Positions 7,235 to 14,184 of a DNA stretch of 14,184 nucleotides are shown piece by piece. The translations under genes and the position numbers were made by a program. This DNA comes from Planctomycetota bacterium (GTDB taxonomy: Bacteria; Planctomycetota; UBA11346). Under the pieces are notes generated by a model. The model was not told where the DNA came from and did not search any database. It worked only from the letters and a program-made list of their open reading frames with translations. The stretch covers positions 1 through 14,184 of the forward strand of contig JBBRLJ010000070.1 of assembly GCA_038231435.1 (NCBI GenBank), in the 5' to 3' direction. Every line of letters begins with the position of its first letter. The first letter of the stretch is position 1.

Positions 7235-10200
7235 CCGCCGTTTCCCGCCGTGCACTGGGCTTGGCGGCGGCGCTGGTCGCCATCACTGCCGGTGCGCTGC
7301 TGCTGCCTTCATGTGGCTCATCGGGGCCGGGCACGCGCGCGGCGGAACGCCCGCAAGTGCCGCCCCTGGTGCTCTCCGAGGACCTGGCGGCGGCTCGCGC
7401 CGCGTCCACGGCCGATGGCCTGCCGGTCTTGATCCTGGTGCGCGAGGATGGCGACTCGACGAGCATCGACGGCGAACATTGGCTCGCGGAGGACGAGTCC
7501 GTGCGTCCGGCGCTCGCCGGCGCGCACCTGGTCGCGGCATGGCGGACCGATCCCGAGATCAAGAAGCTGTCGTTGCGCGGCGGCATCCTGGTGGTGCAAC
7601 GGCCTGGACAGCCGGCGATCGCCGCCGCCGAGATCCCAGCCCGCCGCTCGCAGCTCGCCGCCACGATCGCCACGCTGCTGGCACCGGCCACTCCGGCCAC
7701 GACGGATGCGCCGCCAGCCGATGGGTCGGCGAAACCGAAGGACTCCGCCAAGGACTCGCCCAAGGATGGAATAGCCCGCCGGCTCGCCGATCTCACGGTT
7801 TTATTCAAGGGTTCCGAGCAGGATCCGACCACGTTCGGCAAGGCGCGCCCGGTGCTCGCCGAGCTGATCGCGATGCCGATGCCACCCGAGCGTCTGCAGG
7901 AATGCGCGGGCACCCTGGCAGCGGTCGCGATCGAGATGGACGACGCCACAGCGCGCACCGCCCTGCTCGAGCGCCTGGCTTCAGAGGCGCCGCGTGGCCG
8001 TTTCACGGCCGACGCCTGCCTCGACCTCGCGGATGACGCCTATGCCGACGGGCATGAGGACGCCGCCGCGCGCTGCTGGGAGCTGGCCGAGCGCGCGGCC
8101 GGCGACGGCGAAAGCCCAACGCTCGCATCAGCTGCGCGGGCTGCGCGCGCTCTCGCCATCGCTCCGAGTACCCCCGCGCGCGCCGCCTGGGAGCGCCGCA
8201 CGGTGCTCGATGTCGTGGTCTTGGTGCCGGATCAGGCGACCTTCATCGCTGCGATTGGTCACTGGAGCGACCGCGCCTTCTTCCCGGTCTTGTTCCAGGA
8301 CGACATCTACGCGCCGAAATTCATCTCCGCGTTCGCCCCCGCGCGCGTGGTGACGCTGCCGAGCGTCCTGTCTAATGCCCCGGCACGCCAGCCCGGCGCG
8401 GCTGCTTCGGAGGGTGATCCCGTCGACATCGGCCGCCTGCGCGCGGCCATCCTCGACAGCTGGTCGGACGCGAAAGCACGGCGCGGCACGCCCACGGCGA
8501 GCGATGAGCAGCTGCGCGCCCGCCTAGGCAAGCTGGGCCTGGCGCCAGACGGCATCGTGCTCGCCGATCCCGCCTCCGGCGAGCTTGCCGGGGGCCTTGC
8601 GCTCGCGGCCGGACGATTCCAGGGCTTCGAGATCATGGCTTCGCCCGAGACGGGCGTGGACCACCACCACGCGACTCCTGCCGACCAGATCTCGAGCGAG
8701 CAGGCATGGACGATGGCCTCCGGGGTAGAGGCTGCGCTCGCACGCTGGCCGAAGCCCGATGACGGCGCCTGGCGTTTCGTCACGCTCGCCGGCGCGTACC
8801 CGTTCCGCCGGCAGGGGGCCGACAACTGGGGGAACACGTACAGTCTCGACGATCTGCTCGGTCGCTCGGCGGACGGCGTGCGGCATGCGGTGGTGGGCCG
8901 GTTGCTCGGCGACGCGGCGCGCGGCGCGTACCAGGCGGCGTGCTCGCTGTTCCTGCAGCCGGACGCGGCGCTGCTGTTCGATACCTACGACCGCAACCCC
9001 CGCACCACCTTCGGCCATTACCGGCTCGATCCCATCACCGCCTCGTGGCCGCCGCGCCTGCGCTGCGACCACGTCTGCGGCGCCGCAGCCGACATCGCGG
9101 GCTTCCGCGCGCACTGCTCGCCCTGGAACCGCAATCCCGCGCTGATCATCACCTCGTCCGGCGGGCCGGATTCCTGGAGCGTGCCCGGCGGGGGTGGCAC
9201 CACCGAGGATTTCCCGGTCGGGGTTCCGACGTGCATGCATGTGACCCATTCGGGATCCGCGATGAATCCGTACGACATCGACACGCTGGCGGGCCGGGCG
9301 GTCGCGGGTGGTGCCTTCTTCTATTTCGGCTCGGTCAATGAACCGTTCCTCAACGCGTTCCAATCCGCGCGCTACGCCGCGCGGCGTATTGCCGGCGGCG
9401 CGCCCCTGGCCGCGGTGTACCGCACGCGCTCGGGCCAGTGGGGAGCTGGACCATGGCGCTTGATGGCGATCGGGGATCCGCAGTTCTGCCTGCGCCGCAC
9501 GCCGCTCACGCGCGGATCCTCAACCGCCGCAAACTCGTCACTGGTTCCCGAGGGCGCGAGCGAGGTCACGCTCGGGGCTCCTGGAGGCCCGAGCCTCGCC
9601 GAGCGCCTGCGCCGGGCCCGCTGGCTGGGCGACCATGCCGCGGCCCAGGCCGCGGTCGCGACCATCGACGACCCCTCGACGCTGGAGGGTAACGCGCTGG
9701 TCATGGCGATGGAGGAATGCTTGGAATCGGATGCCTGCCCGCGCGCGCTCGAGCTCTGGGACCGCTCGCATGCGACTGCCCGGATCGAACCATGGGCGCG
9801 TATCTACAGCGTGCTGGCCATCGGCAGGCTGTTGGACCAGGCCAGCTCGGCGGATGATCTCGAGCGCATGCTCGCGCGTTTATCGAGCCTGCTGTCGGCG
9901 AAGCCGGCCGTCAACGTCGTCGAGCGTTGGATGGACGTCGCCGACGCGCTGGCGCGCCGGCGCGCGTCGGCTGATCGCTTCGAGCGCTGGCTCGTGGAGC
10001 GGCGTGACGATCCGCTCTCTGCTGGTTTCGCTCGGCAGATCCGCGCGCGCCTCGCCGGCATCGCCGCGCGTCGGCTGGCCGCCCAAGAATCCTGGGCAGA
10101 CGCCGACAAGGCGGCGGCGCTCGTGACGATCGCGGAGCTCGGCAAGGCCGGGATTCCCGCCGATCAGCTGTCGAGCCGCATCGACGAGCTGATGCTCGCG

Positions 10201-10977
10201 TGCGTCGGCAAGCTGCCCGGAGCGACCGTCGACTCGTTCCTCGCCGAGGTCGCGGCGATGGCACCATCGGCACCATCGGCACTGGAGGCTCCCGCGGATG
10301 ATGGCTCCGGCAAACGCATCGCCGACGCACTCGCCCTGATCCAAGCGCGCCGATTGCTGTTCAAGGATTGGATGATCCTCGGGCCGTTCGCGAACGCGGC
10401 ACATGGCTCATGGGAAGCGTTGGAAGCGACGGCTGGTGCCGTCGATGTGGCGGCGACCTGGGCGGAAGGCGCCGAGAACCTGCGCTGGCAGCGACCATTC
10501 CCTGCCGAGGCGTTCGGCGTCGTCGATCTCGCGGCAGTGCTCACGCCGAACACCGATGTGCATGCCTACGCGCTTGCCGAGTTGGTTGCAGAGCACGACA
10601 TCCAAGGCTTCCTGCTGCTCGGTTCCGACGATGGCGTCACCGCATGGCTGGACGGCAAGCAGATCTGGCGCAATCCCTCGTTCCGCGGTGTCACCGTCGA
10701 TCAGGATAAGGTGCCCCTCGCCGTAGGCGCAGGGACGCACTCACTGCTGTTGCGCGTCGATCAGGGTGGAGGGGGCTGGGGCTTCTGCGCGCGGCTCGCC
10801 GCGGACCAGGAGGGCAAGCAGCAGCTCGCCGGCGCGCTGCTGCGCGCGGTGGCCGCTCCGGCTCCAGCCATACCCCCAGCGCCACCGGCGCCACCCGCGC
10901 TCCCAGATCCTCAAGTGACGGAACCCGCGGCGAAGCCAGACGTCCCCCAGGTCGATGCGCCAGCACCTGTGCCCTGA
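7228..10977 (+). CDS. Large multidomain putative lipoprotein of unknown function, 1249 aa
   Basis: Uninterrupted 3.75-kb ORF overlapping the AKR stop (ATGGTGA; GTG 7231 is an alternative start). Signal peptide SRR + hydrophobic stretch + LPSC (Cys29). Followed by a thioredoxin-like segment without CxxC, a TPR-like helical region, a central alpha/beta region ending GSVNEPFL...W...IGDPQF, a long helical region, a PA14-like beta-sandwich (DWMILGPF...LLLGSDDGVTAWLDG...QGGGGWGF) and a Pro-rich tail. Domain names were recognised by eye. Confidence 0.85.
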   Translation: MVTAVSRRALGLAAALVAITAGALLLPSCGSSGPGTRAAERPQVPPLVLSEDLAAARAASTADGLPVLILVREDGDSTSIDGEHWLAEDESVRPALAGAHLVAAWRTDPEIKKLSLRGGILVVQRPGQPAIAAAEIPARRSQLAATIATLLAPATPATTDAPPADGSAKPKDSAKDSPKDGIARRLADLTVLFKGSEQDPTTFGKARPVLAELIAMPMPPERLQECAGTLAAVAIEMDDATARTALLERLASEAPRGRFTADACLDLADDAYADGHEDAAARCWELAERAAGDGESPTLASAARAARALAIAPSTPARAAWERRTVLDVVVLVPDQATFIAAIGHWSDRAFFPVLFQDDIYAPKFISAFAPARVVTLPSVLSNAPARQPGAAASEGDPVDIGRLRAAILDSWSDAKARRGTPTASDEQLRARLGKLGLAPDGIVLADPASGELAGGLALAAGRFQGFEIMASPETGVDHHHATPADQISSEQAWTMASGVEAALARWPKPDDGAWRFVTLAGAYPFRRQGADNWGNTYSLDDLLGRSADGVRHAVVGRLLGDAARGAYQAACSLFLQPDAALLFDTYDRNPRTTFGHYRLDPITASWPPRLRCDHVCGAAADIAGFRAHCSPWNRNPALIITSSGGPDSWSVPGGGGTTEDFPVGVPTCMHVTHSGSAMNPYDIDTLAGRAVAGGAFFYFGSVNEPFLNAFQSARYAARRIAGGAPLAAVYRTRSGQWGAGPWRLMAIGDPQFCLRRTPLTRGSSTAANSSLVPEGASEVTLGAPGGPSLAERLRRARWLGDHAAAQAAVATIDDPSTLEGNALVMAMEECLESDACPRALELWDRSHATARIEPWARIYSVLAIGRLLDQASSADDLERMLARLSSLLSAKPAVNVVERWMDVADALARRRASADRFERWLVERRDDPLSAGFARQIRARLAGIAARRLAAQESWADADKAAALVTIAELGKAGIPADQLSSRIDELMLACVGKLPGATVDSFLAEVAAMAPSAPSALEAPADDGSGKRIADALALIQARRLLFKDWMILGPFANAAHGSWEALEATAGAVDVAATWAEGAENLRWQRPFPAEAFGVVDLAAVLTPNTDVHAYALAELVAEHDIQGFLLLGSDDGVTAWLDGKQIWRNPSFRGVTVDQDKVPLAVGAGTHSLLLRVDQGGGGWGFCARLAADQEGKQQLAGALLRAVAAPAPAIPPAPPAPPALPDPQVTEPAAKPDVPQVDAPAPVP

Positions 10978-11028
10978 TCCACTCGGCTTGGACGCGTCAC
11001 AAGCGCATCATTCGCTCATTCCTCTGCA

Positions 11029-11042
11029 TTGAATCGTTTTAA
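11029..11042. promoter_or_regulatory. Candidate LacI-family operator upstream of the glycoside hydrolase
   Basis: TTGAATCGTTTTAA is an imperfect palindrome (10 of 14 positions symmetric) with a central CG. It is AT-rich in a GC-rich background and ends 12 nt before the ATG. Confidence 0.5.
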
Positions 11043-11054
11043 CGACAGGAACAC

Positions 11055-13769
11055 ATGTTCTCCATCCGCATGCCCGGCCTGCTCCCATTCCTGCTGGCGT
11101 CGCTCTCCGTCACGGCCACGGCCGCCGATATCTGGATCGAAGGCGAGAGCGCCGCCGAGTCCACGGTCCAGCGCCATCCCTGGTGGTACGACAAGGTGAA
11201 GACGGACCAGCTGTCGGGGGGCGACTTCATCACGAACTGGAGCGACAAGGCCGACGGGGCGGTTGCGTACACCATCAAGGTCGACGAAGCCGGCTCGTAT
11301 CGCCTATGGCTGCGTGCGAATCCGACGGCGGCGAAGCTCGGATGGAAGCTCGACGACGCTCAGGAGAAGGACATCGATTTCGGACCGGCCATCGACAACG
11401 TCAACATCGCCGCTGACGCTGCGCCGGATCTCCGCTTCCTGGCCTGGATCGATCTCGGCAAGCTCGAACTCGCCGCCGGCGAGCACCACCTGCGCTTCCG
11501 CATGCACAGCGAGAACAACCACCACGGCATGATCGATTGCCTGGTGCTGACCACCGGTGCCTTCGTACCGAAAGGCACGCGCAAGCCTGGCGAGGCCGCC
11601 GCGAAGCCGCAGTCGCTCGATGGCCGCTGGGCCTTCGACCCGGAACAGGACACCTTCAGCGCCGATTCCCTGCTCGACCTGCGTTCGCTCAACGAGACAG
11701 TCGCGGGGGAACACGGCTTCATCACCCGCACCAAGGACGGATCCGATTTCGCGCGCGGCGACGGCGTGCCGATGCGCTTCTGGGCGATGCACAGCGATGT
11801 CTGGCATTCCGGATTTCCGGCGCTGCAGGATCACGCGCGCTTCCTCGCCAAGCGCGGCGTCAATCTGGTGCGTTGCCACGGCAGCCTGCCGAATATGGAC
11901 GGTGGCATCGACGAGGTGAACCAGCACCAGGTCCAGGAGCTGTGGGATTGCGTGGCGGCGATGAAGAAGGAAGGCATCTACGTGATCGCCTCGCCGTACT
12001 ATCCGCATGCCACCGGGCTCGATGACGCGCGCAGGAAGCGCTGGGGCATCGACTCGAAGCAGGGCAACATGACCGGCCTGGTGTACTTCGATCCGAAGGT
12101 CCAGGCCGCGTACAAGCAGTGGCTGCGCGCGATGCTCGAACCGGTGAACCCCCGCACCGGACTGGCGCTCAAGGACGAACCCGCGCTCGCGCTCATCCAG
12201 CTGCAGAACGAGGACTCGCTGCTGTTCTGGACCGTGCAGGACATCCAGGGCGGCGAACTGAAGATCCTTCAGGAGACCTTCGGCCGCTGGGCCACCAAGG
12301 CCCACGGCTCGGTGCAGGCGGCCTTCGATCTGTGGAAGGAGCCAGTCGAGGGCGACGACGCCGCGGCGGGACGCGTCGCGCTGCGCCACATCTGGGATCT
12401 GACCTCGGACGGCGTCGCCAAGAAGGGCCGCTCGCCACGCCTCGCCGATCAGGCGCGCTTCATGGCCGGGCTGATGCACGATTGGAACGCCGAGGTCGGG
12501 CGCTTCCTGCGCGAGGAGATCCACGCCAAGCAGCTGGTGAACGCCGGCAACTGGCGCACCGCCGACGCGGTGAGCCTGAGCGATCTCGAGCGCTGGTCCT
12601 ACACCGCGAACGAGGTGCAGGCGATGAACCGCTACACCGGCAGCCTGCATGTGGGCGACAATGCTGGCTGGGCGATCACCACCGGCGACAAGTACACGTC
12701 GTACTCGGCACTGCTCGATCCGACCAGCCTGCCAGTGAGCATCAAGCAGCCGGTCGGGATGCCGTTCATCATCCCCGAATCGAACTGGGTGCCTCCGACC
12801 CTGAACCAGAGCGAGGGCCCGTTCCTGGTTGCCGCCTACATGAGTCTGAACGGCCTCGACGGCTACTTTTGGTTCTCGACCGGACAGACGCAATGGCGCC
12901 AGCCAGGCTCGGCCAATGGCTACCTGCCGTCGATCGGCAAGTGGGACGCGGCCACGCCCGAGATCCTCGGCAACTTCCCGGCCGCGGCGCTGATGTACCG
13001 CAAGGGCTACCTGAAGCAGGGCGCGCCGGTGGTCAGCGAACAGCGCGCGCTCGACGACCTGTGGGCGCTGCGCACGCCGGTGATCAGCGAGGAGGGCGCC
13101 TTCGATCCGAACCGCGACGCCGGCAGCTTCGCGGCCACCTCGACGGTGCATCAAGAGGTCAGCCGCCTCGCATATCTCGCCGGCCCGGTGGTGGTGACCT
13201 ATGGCGGCGACAGTGCGAAGACCGTCATCGATCCCAAGCTCGCAGAGCTAGTGGATGAGAAGGCCAAGATCGTGCGCGCGAACACCGGCGAAATCACCAT
13301 GGATTACGGCCACGGCGTCTGCGTCATCGATGGGCCCAAGGCCCAAGGCGTCACCGGCTTCCTCGCCAAAGAGCGTCCCAAGACCGTGCTCTCGTCGCTG
13401 ACCATCGAGTCGGGCAACGACTACGCGACCGTGCTCGCGGTTTCCATGGACGACCAACCTCTGACATCGTCGAAGCGCGTGCTGGTGCAGATCGGCACCA
13501 CCTGCCGGCCCACCGGCTGGGCCGAGAAGCCGGTGACATGGACGCAGGACGGCAAGCAGCTCGAGGGCTTCCAGATCGAAGCCTTCGGCGAGAAGCCCTG
13601 GCAGGTCGTGAATAACGACTGCAGCATCACCCTGAAGAACCCTGGCATCACCGAAGCGGTGGTGCTGGACATGAATGGTCTCAAGCGCGGCACCGTGCCG
13701 GTGGAGAAGGTCGACGGCGGGGTGCGCTTCACGCTGCCGAAGGACGCGAAGTATGTGATCGCAAGGTAG
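11055..13769 (+). CDS. Secreted putative glycoside hydrolase, clan GH-A (GH5/GH148-like), with an N-terminal CBM-like beta-sandwich, 904 aa
   Basis: Signal peptide ending ATA-AD; AGGA SD. N-terminal IWIEGES...YRLWLR...LELAAGEHHLRF...IDCLVL module. Barrel motifs MRFWA, LAKRGVNLVRCH, KKEGIY and NPRTG..LKDEPA. Putative acid/base QNE (E386, 12210-12212) and nucleophile PFIIPE (E575, 12777-12779). Beta-rich C-terminal region. Confidence 0.8.
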   Translation: MFSIRMPGLLPFLLASLSVTATAADIWIEGESAAESTVQRHPWWYDKVKTDQLSGGDFITNWSDKADGAVAYTIKVDEAGSYRLWLRANPTAAKLGWKLDDAQEKDIDFGPAIDNVNIAADAAPDLRFLAWIDLGKLELAAGEHHLRFRMHSENNHHGMIDCLVLTTGAFVPKGTRKPGEAAAKPQSLDGRWAFDPEQDTFSADSLLDLRSLNETVAGEHGFITRTKDGSDFARGDGVPMRFWAMHSDVWHSGFPALQDHARFLAKRGVNLVRCHGSLPNMDGGIDEVNQHQVQELWDCVAAMKKEGIYVIASPYYPHATGLDDARRKRWGIDSKQGNMTGLVYFDPKVQAAYKQWLRAMLEPVNPRTGLALKDEPALALIQLQNEDSLLFWTVQDIQGGELKILQETFGRWATKAHGSVQAAFDLWKEPVEGDDAAAGRVALRHIWDLTSDGVAKKGRSPRLADQARFMAGLMHDWNAEVGRFLREEIHAKQLVNAGNWRTADAVSLSDLERWSYTANEVQAMNRYTGSLHVGDNAGWAITTGDKYTSYSALLDPTSLPVSIKQPVGMPFIIPESNWVPPTLNQSEGPFLVAAYMSLNGLDGYFWFSTGQTQWRQPGSANGYLPSIGKWDAATPEILGNFPAAALMYRKGYLKQGAPVVSEQRALDDLWALRTPVISEEGAFDPNRDAGSFAATSTVHQEVSRLAYLAGPVVVTYGGDSAKTVIDPKLAELVDEKAKIVRANTGEITMDYGHGVCVIDGPKAQGVTGFLAKERPKTVLSSLTIESGNDYATVLAVSMDDQPLTSSKRVLVQIGTTCRPTGWAEKPVTWTQDGKQLEGFQIEAFGEKPWQVVNNDCSITLKNPGITEAVVLDMNGLKRGTVPVEKVDGGVRFTLPKDAKYVIAR

Positions 13770-13931
13770 GTGGCTTGTCTCCGAAAGGGCGCAGCAAGTG
13801 TTGTCGAGTCAGGTCCGAGCTAGGGCCTGTCAGATCCTAATGTCGCCTCTTCGTCCTGAATGCGAATCACATCTCCATTAGTAGTTTGTTGTTGGTCCAT
13901 CAGGATTTTCAATACGCGAATCAGGGATCCC

Positions 13932-14044
13932 ATGAAACTTTCATCAAAGATTCTTTCTGTAATCATATTCATCCTTGTCCTCGCGGCCTGCACCAGAGGA
14001 ACCGGCGGAGGGGATGCCTCAACTGATGACACCGCCTTTTATTT
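13932..14044 (+). pseudogene. 5' part (37 codons) of a low-GC lipoprotein gene interrupted by an ISL3 element
   Basis: AGGGA SD, then MKLSSKILSVIIFILVLAAC-TRGTGGG, a type II signal peptide with the LAAC lipobox. The frame enters the IS end at 14045 and stops at 14144 inside the IS. Confidence 0.65.
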
Positions 14045-14184
14045 GGCTCTGCGTCGTTTCCCGTGGGTCCTTGCAGGCGCACATGAAGGCCCAGGTTGTC
14101 CGGCATGGACACCAACCCCCTGTTCACGATGGCCCTCGGGCTGACTCCACCGTGGTGCGTCACCGAGACGCGTTTCGATGCCGA
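14045..14184 (+). mobile_element. Left end of an ISL3-family insertion sequence (partial, cut by the window edge)
   Basis: Begins GGCTCTGCGTCGTTTCCCGTGGGT (ISL3-type GGCTCT terminus) immediately after the AT-rich 8-mer TTTTATTT (14037-14044). A transposase start follows 60 nt in. Confidence 0.85.
14105..14184 (+). CDS. ISL3-family transposase, N-terminal 26 aa (partial)
   Basis: Reads MDTNPLFTMALGLTPPWCVTETRFDA, matching the LFxxALGLxxPWxV N-terminus typical of many ISL3 transposases. Confidence 0.85.
   Translation, partial: MDTNPLFTMALGLTPPWCVTETRFDA

Noticed and set aside
10261..10282. 9-bp tandem GCACCATCG x2.4 (APSAPSA), and the 12-bp pair near 7738-7764
   Set aside because: These are short in-frame duplications in low-complexity linkers, with no evidence of a separate function.
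11304..13154. 616-aa antisense ORF, and similar long shadow ORFs such as 2295-3677 (+) and 5150-6565 (-)
   Set aside because: They lie opposite or across well-supported genes, have no recognisable motifs, and are expected from high-GC codon bias.
13860..14144. 94-aa ORF as an intact gene
   Set aside because: The plausible start is ATG 13932 (SD plus signal peptide), and the last third is IS sequence read out of frame.

Overview
High-GC bacterial DNA (roughly 68-70% by eye). Both ends run into ISL3-family insertion sequences: the 3' end of one at 1-63 and the 5' end of another at 14045-14184. This suggests a contig broken at IS repeats. On the - strand are a three-gene membrane transhydrogenase operon (pntAA, pntAB, pntB), a small poly-Ser hypothetical protein and an HtrA-like trypsin+PDZ protease with no visible signal peptide. 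Divergently on the + strand are a PhyH-like Fe(II)/2-oxoglutarate dioxygenase, an aldo/keto reductase overlapping a 1249-aa multidomain putative lipoprotein of unknown function, and a 904-aa secreted clan GH-A-like glycoside hydrolase with a LacI-type operator candidate upstream. A short low-GC patch near the right end carries a lipoprotein gene interrupted by the second IS. The most unusual items are: (i) a ~240-bp non-coding element (64-305) built almost entirely of hairpins, five with the GCGNAGC mini-hairpin core, which overlaps the 3' end of the protease gene; (ii) the 1249-aa lipoprotein; (iii) a 5' UTR hairpin that could hide the protease Shine-Dalgarno site. Family calls come from motif recognition by eye; no database searches were run.
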